NCBI GenBank assembly: GCA_900617105.1
Contig: UYFQ01000606.1
Location: 1 to 46,223 of the forward strand
DNA length: 46,223 nucleotides
Direction of reading: 5' to 3'
Source of the DNA: Hydrurus foetidus
Lineage: Eukaryota
Each line of letters opens with the position of its first letter. Position 1 is the stretch's first letter. The notes below the pieces were generated by a model. It worked only from the letters and a program-made list of their open reading frames with translations. It made no database searches and was not told the origin of the DNA. Both the position numbers and the translations under genes were made by a program. Positions 36,678 through 46,223 of the stretch are shown piece after piece.

Positions 36678-38140
36678 TTAACATTTCGATAATGCAATGT
36701 TTTCGATACCGCCATTACTCATATGATTTATTATTTCTCTCATATACCGTTCTGACGTTATATTAAAAGTCAGCACGACATTCATCGATTGCTCCCCCAC
36801 AAAAAGTGTATCACCGCTGACAGCTAGACCGGTCGGATGATTCATAGCTTGTCCTCCCAAGATCGTGAATAACTTCTCAACTCTTCTAGTATTAATATTT
36901 ATCCCAAAAACTGCTCCTGTATTTTTGCTACTTTTTTTACTCCCCACAAAAACCATTTTTTTCTCTTTATCAAATACCATTCCCACAGGATTTTTTACCT
37001 TAATTTTCCCAACATATTTGCCAATGTTGTCCACAACTAAAATTCTGTGAAGATTTTCATTAGCGATCCATAGTTGTTGTAACGCATCTACCCACACGAT
37101 TGCACGTACGCCTTGTGTACGTTCATCATGTACACCGGGGTAGCCAAACTAGAAAAAAAGTAAAAAGTAAATGATAACAAACATCAGCATTTAGCATCAA
37201 CAGCACATAGACTTCGCCTTTCATGCTTTGAGACTGTTAACACGGTATTAGAAATATTAATACACGGCTAGATACGTCCAAAAAGAAAATTATTCATGAC
37301 ATGTTTCAACAGTAAACAAATTAGAAGAAGCAATTCCAACGAGATTGACAATAAAAATAAAGATACTATAATGAGTTTCAACAGTGTTAGCAGCATTGAA
37401 TGACAAACCTGAACAAATGTTCCCTTATAATAATCTGGATTAATCGTGTAATTTCTCGAACTGTTTATAGGCGGACTCAGACTAAAAGTGTCCTCCTTGG
37501 AATAAAGATCGTCATACCACACAGGAGACACAGAGGGCAGAGCTTTGTATGTCGTATTTGAAAAGCGCAGCACAGCGTCAGTGTGCTGAAAAGACGCGTA
37601 CAGATTGTTGTGAGAATCGAAAGTGAGGGAATATGTGTGCTGCGCTCCTGGGTTAGTATGAATGTCCACAAGAATCCTGATAAAAGGTCGCATGCCATTT
37701 ACTTCTGCACAGGTGTCGAACACCAGTACTCTGCCGATTTCGTCCTCATTCTCTCCTGCGTTGGCTACGTAAAGAGCGTCTTTGATTGTTCCGTAGGGAT
37801 GGGATACCATCGATCGTATGGAGCCAACAGTAGATCCTACAGTACCTCCGAACCAGAGGACATTAGGAGACAGTGGACAACCATCACGAGTGTACTTCAG
37901 TATATTATGACTCTCGTGATGCGATATATAAAGGAAAGGTGGTCCAAGACAACCAGAGCTAGCTCCACCAGCGAGCTCAAGACTCACATAAGTCGCGAAG
38001 CATAGAAGGAAAATGAATAGGACTGATAGCAGTATTGCTTGAGGAAAATTGACTTTGAAACCATATCTGTGATGAGTTGCAGGCTGTACTGGCTCAACCT
38101 CATTACCCAGCTCGAGAGACTGATATCTCGTCAAAATCAT
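36678..38140 (-). CDS. Type II membrane protein with a predicted beta-propeller (NHL/SMP-30-like) ectodomain, 2 exons
   Basis: TM segment ILLSVLFIFLLCFATYVSL, then repeated blades (LYVANAG, SLTFDSHNNLYAS, LWIANE, NPVGMVFD, HPTGLAVSGDTLFVGE). An intron at ~37151-37408 joins TFVQ|FGYPG. Confidence 0.7.
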
Positions 38141-38670
38141 TTATGAGTCGGCTTCTTTTAAGAATTCAAAATAAGACCTGTCAATGCATCAAAACAACTT
38201 CGAGATAACGTCTGAGATAGTGGGAGACATGGTCGTATAAATACTTTGTTACTCTGTAATTGTAATAAGATAATATATCAAAATTTACACTTTTCAAAGT
38301 ACTGCTGTGACTTTTCTTCGAAGACGTTTCCTTAAAGATATTTAAAGGATACCGGACGGTAGTATGGGTTCTCTGGAGCGGCTAGGAGCAAAGGCCGCTG
38401 ACCGTTGCCGGTCCCTAAAGGGATGGCTGCGGAGGGGGAGATGTCGGGCAACGGGACGGGGACGATGACGATGACAGCGTTGGACTGACAAGCATCGGGC
38501 ATTAGTCCCCCCAACTATCATCGCGTCATATCAGTTTTTCAAATAATTATTTAGTAGTTTTTTCAAATCATCAGCTTAGCATGCATGCTCGGAATGGACA
38601 CGCTTTGTTGAGAGTGTTCTCTCACAATCTTTTGATCAGCCTTAGTCCATATAGTCTAACATATTTTGTT

Positions 38671-40293
38671 ATGTCCAACACCGCCTCTTCCGTTCAAACT
38701 GGCGGCGTGGTGATCCCAGCCTACCAAGCGGCTACCGGTGCATTGGTCCGTGCCTTGGAGAACGTAGCTTCGATCGTGGCGGGCCACACCGATGACAACG
38801 GTGAGCAGTATGCGATGCAGATGGCCTTATCGGTACCGGCGGCAGATGTTCCGGCCAATGCGATTGTGGTAATCCCGCTGGACGCACCCAAGGCGGACGA
38901 GGTGTTTGATTTCACCTTCATCGCGTCCTGCAAGTCTATGTACTTTCAGGTTCACGAGAAACCGCAAACTCGGATGACATATGGTCATTGTGCTAATTTC
39001 TCGGCGGGTACCGTGGATCGGCCGATCTCGATCGGAACGCTACTTAAGTTCCCGTCAATGGGTCACTACCTAGTAGCTCAACCACGTTTGTTGCAGGCGG
39101 TGCGTGCGTCGCTAGAGCCTGTGGGAGAGTGTGCGACGAGGGGGGAGTCAGCAAAGCGTCCTTGTCTTCGCCCACTGGAGGGGGGGGGTGAGCAGGCGGA
39201 AGACACGACGGGCAAAACAAAAGGTATGTCTATCGTAGACTTAGACGGAGGAGAACACCCTACACGCAATAAGACGGATTTGCACCTACGTGAGAGGCAA
39301 TTGTGGTTCACTTACCGCGTTATGGATGCGGCCAAGCAGTGTTATAGTATCAGATCCGACGTTACGTTGCAGCCGGAGTACTATCGAGGGATGCTGTTTG
39401 AGCAGGGGGACACGCAAACCATCGATAGGCACCCCGCCTTTATCTCCTGCGGGCTTATCAACCGTATCGAGAAACTACCGGTTCTCGGCGAGAACGGTAA
39501 ATTCAAACTGCTACTTGTCGGTTCAGTCCTGACGGACAACAGTGAACCCACGCTGCGTCTGGAGGACTTCATTTCTGGGGAGAAAATTTCGAGCAGGTCG
39601 TCGCCATGCCCATCCAACAACGCGGGCTTGGTGACGGTGCTCAAGAACGTGCAAATGGTCTTGCAAACGTGTTTCTCGGACGTGTTTGGGAAGGCTCTGG
39701 AATCCTTCATCGATAAGCTGGAAGGGGTATGCAGACCGATGGAGCTGGTGCCGGCGGATTTTTTAAAGCATTCCGTCGAGTTGAGCCTCAAGAAGTGGTT
39801 TCGAGAGGTGTCAACGGTGAGAGGCTCAGACCTGCAGGCTGGCCTCTCATTCAAGACTGTAGAATTGTGCTCGGCGTTCCTTACCGGATTGTTTGACAAG
39901 CTGGCCGTGGATCTCTCGAATCACCCTTTCATGGTGATGAGAGACGCGTATTTTCGTCTGCGTATACGGCCCGCGACAATTTCTTGGATGGATAAAACAC
40001 CAGCAAAGAAGGAGGCAACGGGCGTGAAAGCGGAGGGGCCGGCGGCCACTACCGTTACTCCGTCCAAAGACAAGAAGGAGGCGAACTCGAGAATATGCGT
40101 TGGCCATCTAGGTCAGTTGCTTGGAGCCGTAAATAAAGACGGTCGAACCTACGCGTGTAAGTTCGGAAATGACTGTACGTATCGGCATATCACCGTAGAG
40201 GACAAGTCGAAGCAGCGATTGCTTGACATTGTCGGCGCGCTGACGGCTGTTCCTCGAGCTGATCTGACGAAGGCGGTTATCAAGCGGTCCTGA
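38671..40293 (+). CDS. Gag-like ORF1 of the DIRS-like element, with a C-terminal Cys/His finger
   Basis: Long intronless ORF (track 38581-40293; the ATG at 38671 is the more plausible start) upstream of RT, containing C-x19-C-x5-C-x3-H (ICVGH...YACKFGNDCTYRH). Confidence 0.7.
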   Translation: MSNTASSVQTGGVVIPAYQAATGALVRALENVASIVAGHTDDNGEQYAMQMALSVPAADVPANAIVVIPLDAPKADEVFDFTFIASCKSMYFQVHEKPQTRMTYGHCANFSAGTVDRPISIGTLLKFPSMGHYLVAQPRLLQAVRASLEPVGECATRGESAKRPCLRPLEGGGEQAEDTTGKTKGMSIVDLDGGEHPTRNKTDLHLRERQLWFTYRVMDAAKQCYSIRSDVTLQPEYYRGMLFEQGDTQTIDRHPAFISCGLINRIEKLPVLGENGKFKLLLVGSVLTDNSEPTLRLEDFISGEKISSRSSPCPSNNAGLVTVLKNVQMVLQTCFSDVFGKALESFIDKLEGVCRPMELVPADFLKHSVELSLKKWFREVSTVRGSDLQAGLSFKTVELCSAFLTGLFDKLAVDLSNHPFMVMRDAYFRLRIRPATISWMDKTPAKKEATGVKAEGPAATTVTPSKDKKEANSRICVGHLGQLLGAVNKDGRTYACKFGNDCTYRHITVEDKSKQRLLDIVGALTAVPRADLTKAVIKRS

Positions 40294-40751
40294 CTTCCGG
40301 AAGCGGTGCTGTCTGCCGACACAGGTGTGTACTGATTTACGTCAGAATGTTAGTCGGGTCGATCATTTGATCGGCAGCCTGGTGCAACCTCATCTGTTTT
40401 GCGTGTTGACGATGAGTGTTTGTGGCAGTGCTGTGTCAGCGGCCTCTCGCGATTATCACGGGGCTGCTACCGAGAGTAGGCAGATCAACTGGTTGTTGAC
40501 TGTCTTGATAACACTGACGCATGCGGTCGCGTGTTGACGATCAGCGAAAGCGGGGTTCCAGGGGTGTCTGGACCCCACGCATGCGGTTTGAGTGATGCAT
40601 ATCGTCGCATGATACCCATGTTCTGGGCTGTGCTTATCATGCGACCGTATCATCGGGCATTACGCTGACGCACCCGAGTGCAATGCGATGCCTTCAGTTT
40701 ATCTCTGTATGTGCGGAGACTCACTCTTTGACCTTGTTGTATTATACAGTC

Positions 40752-42944
40752 ATGGAGAGCACGAGGCATGGCACGGCACTCCGTCCGACCCAGCGAGAGT
40801 CGAGACCGGAAGTGGCAGGGGAACTTGGGAAATATAAGGACCTCGGTTACAGCGAGTCTGCGCCAGTGATCGGGTCCTGGATCGAAGCGTGCTTTCCGGG
40901 GGACTCATCTACGAGTAAAGCCGGGATAGAGGAGCTCATAGTGGAGGCAGCGGAAGCCGCGCGAAGTGACTTCGGTGTCGACGCCGCCAATGAATGGGCA
41001 AACGGGTACACTTTTCCTCCAGAGTTCGTGGCAAGCGACGTCCGGTGCTTGCGGGCTGCACAGCTGGACTTCCGGAGCATGGTGCAGCGGCGTTTGAAGA
41101 TATTATCAAAGGACCGTCTTAGCCGGACGAGTGTCGCGTCCCTCAGTCCGGACAACCCCGAGTTAGAACGCATGCTGGATTTAGCCGAGGGTATGAGGGT
41201 AGCCCTACCGGAGGGGTTCACCCCTAACGGCCTTCAGCCTCGCTCACCACTGCGTACGTCTTACGAGACCGTGTCGAGCGCCGTCAACAAGCTGCTCGGT
41301 GCAGTAATAGAGCAACGATTGGCATTTATACTCCCCCTGGAATTAGCTCAAGCCCACGTCCCCAACTTCCATTTGTGCAAAGCGCACTGGACCACCAAGA
41401 AGGGGAAGGCGTCAGGACGCCCCTTAGGGGATTTGAGCAACGTAGACGGCACCCCGCTTAACACGGACGCCACAGCCGACGCCGCAACTGCCTTCTATGG
41501 ACCGATCACGCATCCAACCATAGAAGACATCGCCATTATGGTCCACCAGTACTGGTAGGAAGCCTCAGCGCGTGACTCGTCGCTTCGGTATGAGGATCTC
41601 CGCGTGTGGAAGATGGACCTCACGGGAGCATATACCCTCCTGTCGTTCCGAGCCGAGTACGTCGGGTTGTTCGGGATGCTGCTCACGGACGATCTCGTTT
41701 ATTTTCAGCTCGCCGGCATTTTTGGCTGGTCTGGCACACCAGCGGCATTCCAAGTGGTCACGCGAGCAATCGCATGGGAGCTCAGGGCCAGGCTTCGCAG
41801 TCGCACCGTCATGTACGTAGATGACATCATCGGCATCGGATTCAAGATCGACATCGCGGCCGACCTTGCCCTCACCAGGAGCATATGCACGACTTTGCTC
41901 GGATCCAACGCCGTCGCGGATGACAAGACCGAAGTCAGCCGGCGCCTGGATGTGATAGGGTATATCATAGATTTAGATACCGGTAGAGTGCTGATAAGTA
42001 AGAAAAATTTCTTAGCAGCACTCAACGGTTTTCTTAATGTGGATACCTCGGCGCGAGTCAACCTCAGGACCGCGCAGCGCCTCGCCTCCTGGAGCACGCG
42101 TCACGGTAAAATATGCCGGGTCATGCGGCCGTTCTGCAGCGCCCTATACCGGTTAACGTGGGGCCGGACGGACCCTCACGCGCTTTTTAGCTTGTCGTCG
42201 GAGGCGATCGTGGCGATTCAGTGTTGGCGGGCGATGCTCTGCCTGGTGCGGCATAGAGAGTCTGAGTTCACCCGCTCAATTGCGTCATTCGCGCCAGAGA
42301 CCCCAACGGTTGTGGTCGAGTTCGACTCGTCGCTGAGCGGAGCCGGTCTTATATGGTACAGCAGAGTCAGCGGCGCAGAGGTGGCAGTGGGTGTCGGCGC
42401 AGCTGATCTCCTATTTCTTGGTTTTGGTGAAGACTCATCGTTCCAGAATCTATCTGAGTTCCTTGGAGCAATCTTAGCTATTCTCGGGCAAGTTGCCCTC
42501 GGATACCAGGGGAGGAGTGTGGCCCTCAGGGGTGACAGCGTCACAGCACTGACGTGGGCCATAACGGAAAGACCAAGGGGCGAGAGGGTGACGAAAGCCG
42601 CGATGGTGTTCTCACTGCTCTGCATCGCGGCCGGCGTGGACGTGAAGGAGGTTACTCACATCCCAGGCACGGAAAACAACAAGTGCGACAGGCTTTCCAG
42701 GAGGGGCCGTGCACCGCCCATGTCAATTATCGAGGAGGCGGAAACGATGGGAGTGCGGGGCGTCTGCGTGGTTGAAATCGATGGCGATGAAGATATCATC
42801 GCCATTCTCAAGTTGTGCGACCCGAGATGCGAACTGAAGTCTGAACAGGAGTTCATAGGATTCTGGTCCGCCGCAAGGAACACCATTGATTCCTTCTTAT
42901 GGCGCCACGTACAGTCAAGGGAGTCAGCGCGTCTGCATCAATAA
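40752..42944 (+). pseudogene. DIRS-type reverse transcriptase-RNase H with one in-frame TAG (41556-41558)
   Basis: ORFs 40683-41558 and 41604-42944 are in frame. RT motifs: KKGKASGRPLGDLS, WKMDLTGAY, IFGWSGTPAAF, YVDD, VIGY. RNase H motifs: FDSSLSGAG, NLSEF, RGDSVTA, HIPGTENNKCDRLSR. Confidence 0.9.
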
Positions 42945-42983
42945 GAGCAACATCAACTCTGACCGGCTTGTCCTGACGTTGTC

Positions 42984-43180
42984 GGCAGCGGTGAGCGCCT
43001 CGGGCAAGGAGGGTAGTAGGCGTCGCCATGCAGTGACACCTGCTGTTGGCAGCGGTGGGCGCGGTGCACGAGGAGTATCATCGGACCCGCTATGCATTGG
43101 CCCCTTCAACGCGGGCAGCGGTGAGCGACGTGCATCAGGGGTGTCATCGATCCCGCCCTGCAATGGCCCCCACCGCGACC
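42984..43180 (+). repeat. Three ~65-bp imperfect tandem units, each able to fold into a hairpin
   Basis: GGCAGCGGTG(A/G)GCG at 42984, 43048 and 43114, each followed by CGC(C/T)(A/C)TGCAnTGnCnCC. Confidence 0.8.
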
Positions 43181-43202
43181 TCACTGAGTGATGTCCTTCC
43201 TG

Positions 43203-43607
43203 TGTAGAAAAATGTTAAGGAGCGCCAACAGACCCTGCTCAGCCCATACTCGACTACCACACTCCTCCACTTGCTCAATTGTCGATCTTCCTAGTGCAGC
43301 TAGTTCTTGTAACCAAGTCGTCGTCTCAATGTTGCCCTAACAGGAGTCGGAGGGATAGTGTCAGCGCAGAGCCGGCAGGAGCTGTCCCGGTATGGCCTAA
43401 CTCTGGGCTCAGCGGTGGGTCTGATGGAACGGGGCGCGTGGGCAAGGGGAAGGCAGCGGGTGTGCTGGTGCTATTGCTAAAGAGATGTGGTTAGCTTACA
43501 GATAAACACAGCGACAGGCAAGTCATGAATCGGATGGCTCGGATCGTCCCCGATCCGAACCGAACGTACGCCTGTACCCGTACAGCTGTACAGCTGTGCG
43601 GGTCACA
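43203..43607 (-). repeat. Putative 3' LTR of Gypsy 3 (~405 bp)
   Basis: Ends ...ggtcaca next to the PPT. The left TG boundary is at 43201 or 43203, inferred from the composition change; there is no second LTR in the window to confirm it. Confidence 0.65.
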
Positions 43608-43834
43608 ATGGCCCCTCTCTTTGGAAGAAAAGGTGTACTAAATTTTTCATTAACAAACTTATCTATGTCTAAATACTAACATAAAACTACTATCTCAGAC
43701 TGAAAACATAAAGTTCGTACTGAGTAAACCTCCCTAAAATCTGTTAGGATGAAAATTGGGAGTAATCTTTATGATTTAGTGTTTTTTTTTTTTTTTTTTT
43801 TTTGTAAACCTTTGTGTTTTATACTGTGTATCGG

Positions 43835-46223
43835 TTAACGATAATTTGCAGCAAATTTACTTGGAATCAAGTGTTTTAGGTTTTTAGCAATTAAGAACTC
43901 GTGGACTTTTCAGCGTCACGCATGTTTTTCCACGGTTCCCAAGTGTTTCTGTCGTGGGGATAGTTTAGCCATTTGACGTGAAACTTTAATGTTCCCACCA
44001 CTCGGATGTTCCCTTCCATTGCTAGGATATCTTCGATAAAGAATTCGAGATAATCTCGTCGGGCGATATCGGTTGGGTTGACCTTTGTAGGGTCAAACTC
44101 AAATTGTTTGATATTTGATACATGGTATCTTTTCTCGCGGTTGGTAATAAGATCGAGTAGTGTATACTCGTCGAGATCGTTTGCGACAACTTGCATGGGA
44201 CCTTTCCATAAAGTGTGCATGCGTGTTGGTTTTGACGTCCGGTGGGTAACTAGTACCAACGAGTCGATTTCGAACGTTGTGTAGTCGGTGGAACCGCCTG
44301 CTTTGCGTTTCTCGTCCGCTTCTTTGAGTAGTTCAGCAGTGATTCTGATGAGTTCATCTTGCATCTGCATAATTTTCTCAGTAGAATGGGTTACATGAGT
44401 CATGTCTAAGTTTATCTCATCTCGAGGGAGAAGGATGTTGGCATCAAGGTCAATAGCATTGCCGTATATTAGCTTTGCTGCTGTTGACTGTGTCCTTACG
44501 CTGAATGTCGTATTTATAATTCGCTGTACGAATGGTAAAATTTCTCGGTAGTTTTCCGTAGTTGCACGGTCAAATGTAAATGCCGTGATGTGTCGGTTAA
44601 TTTCCTTATTCATACGCTCTACTATCGAGTTTTCTTGCGAAGAGTATGGTAGAATAAGGTTGTGTGTTGTACCGGCAACTTTTACAAATTCCTCGAGGAT
44701 TTTGTTTACGAAATGGGAACCGTTATCGGATCGCAGGAATTTGGGAGCTCCGTAGCGACCGATGTGTTCTATTAGGCCTGTTACGGCTGATTTTGCAGTA
44801 TTATCAGTATCAGTTGTGGCTGATAGTTCGACAAACCTTGTGAAGGTGTCTACCATAACAAGGATGTATCCTTTATCCGGGAATGGACCAATAAAGTCTA
44901 TGTTTATGCATTCCATAGGTGCATATGTTGATGTTGTGAAACGATGGGTGACGGGTTTTGTTTGTCAGCAGACATCTTTTGGCAACACGGGCATTGTTTA
45001 ATGTATGCTCTTATATCGTGTCTCATGCCTTCCCATACTTTCCCTATTTTTTAGGTTTCGCAAAGTGCGATTGAATCCTCCGTGCCCAACGGTAGAGTTG
45101 TGGACACGCATTAAGTATGCATATATTTCCGCTGCAATCGGTTTGCAAGTAAGGATTGCTGTTATGATGTGTTTCGGCATCTTGTTTTTACATAGGCGTG
45201 ACATTGCGTCAGCGACTTCATTATTTTTCCCAGGGATATACCCTATCGTAAAATCTAATTCCTGTAGCGCACAGCGCCATCTTCCGACCATCTCGTTTTT
45301 ATCCTTGTGCAGGAAAGTAAGATTTTTGTGATCGGTCAGGATAGTAAACTTACGATCTCGTAGCAGGGCGTCGAGATAGTCACAGCAAAAGTAAAGGGCG
45401 TAAGCCTCTTTTTGTATTACGGACCATTTCAACTGGGTCTTGGTAAGAGATTTGCTTACGAGAGCGACGAGTTGTTTGACTCCGTCGACTTCTTGATATA
45501 AATAACCACCTATGCCGTAGTCAGACGCATCTGTCATGAGGGTAATAGGTGCTACATCGTCGATGAAATATAATAAGGGACTCTTGGAGATAAGATCTTT
45601 GACTAACGTAAACGCGTCGGCCGCTTCGTCTGTCCAGACAAGCAATGTTTGCTTTTTGGCGGCGTGATCTATCATTTTGTGTAGCGGTGCTACCACATTT
45701 GAGTGATTTGGTACATGATCCCTAAAGTAATTGGTGAGACCGAGGAACGAACGTAGTTCAGTTGTCTTTCTTGGCATCGGAAAGTCAGTCACACCCGTTA
45801 TCTTTTTGGAGCTCATTGATATACCTTCCTTAGATATTTGTCTACCAACATATTCAACTACTTTGACGTTAAGTCTTAGCTTTGCAGCCTTGAGTGAAAT
45901 GTTTTTATCTTCTAGACGTTGAAACAATGTTTCTAAACGTTCACAGAATTGGATGTGTCCATCAGCATATATGATGATGTCGTCTAAATAGACTTCACAG
46001 ATGCTGTATATCAGGCCAAGTAGTACTATTGACGCCATCATCTGTTGAAAGTATGATGGGGCCATCTTGGGACCGAATGGTAGTCGTGTGAATTGGTATA
46101 TACCCATAAATGTTATAAATGCGGTAAATACTTGTGCCGCCAGTGTTATTGGGGCTTGGTGGTATCCGGCCGTAAGGTCGATTACGCCGAATACGTTTGG
46201 CCGTTGCGCGCCAAGTCTGTGCA
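43835..46223 (-). CDS. pol: Pol (RT, RNase H, integrase, chromodomain) of Gypsy 3; partial, with apparent frameshifts near 45050, 44960 and 43908
   Basis: YQFTRLPFGP, YLDD, MTDASDYGIG, ADAMSR, CPCCQK, IDFIGP, SDNGSHF, IVERMN, and chromodomain FHVKWLNY...NTWEP. Clearly related to, but distinct from, the pol of Gypsy 2. Confidence 0.95.

Larger units (their letters stand above)
38340..43200 (+). mobile_element. DIRS/Ngaro-type (tyrosine-recombinase class) retrotransposon, 5' part; interrupted by Gypsy 3
   Basis: Abrupt shift to high GC, an intronless ORF1, and a DIRS-type RT-RNase H with no protease or integrase. No YR ORF is present in the window and the left boundary is approximate. Confidence 0.8.
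43203..46223 (-). mobile_element. Chromodomain Gypsy LTR retrotransposon 3, 3' portion; continues off the right edge
   Basis: pol on the minus strand, a PPT (AAAGAGAGGGG, ~43612-43622) and a putative 3' LTR. Confidence 0.93.

Noticed and set aside
43782..43803. Poly(T) run as the tail of a LINE or retrocopy
   Set aside because: It lies within the Gypsy 3 3' UTR between the pol stop and the PPT, with no separate body or TSD.

Overview
Eukaryotic genomic DNA (about 40% GC, short GT-AG introns, TTAGGG-like repeats), probably from a protist; the lineage cannot be fixed from sequence alone. There are three zones. (1) 1-15.3 kb is a nest of transposons. A Gypsy LTR element (5' end only) interrupts the 3' end of a hAT transposase. 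The hAT end abuts Harbinger-like subterminal motifs. A PIF/Harbinger element (transposase + convergent intron-containing Myb/NAM-like gene) carries a fold-back-rearranged transposase 3' end and a full-length 5.7-kb chromodomain Gypsy element with apparently identical 262-bp LTRs. (2) 15.3-38.2 kb holds host genes: a type II PI4-kinase, a PfkB sugar kinase, a phospholipase B-like gene and a membrane-anchored beta-propeller-like gene, plus a small fold-back element with a telomere-like core. (3) 38.3-46.2 kb is a GC-rich DIRS/Ngaro-type retroelement (gag-like ORF, RT-RNase H) interrupted by a third chromodomain Gypsy element. The most notable unexplained signals are: a co-varying palindrome where a tRNA primer-binding site should be in both Gypsy 5' ends; a hairpin cassette inside the Harbinger; a three-unit hairpin array and a structured spacer in the DIRS-like element; and the telomere-core fold-back element. 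Some rearrangements and frameshifts may be amplification or long-read artefacts.
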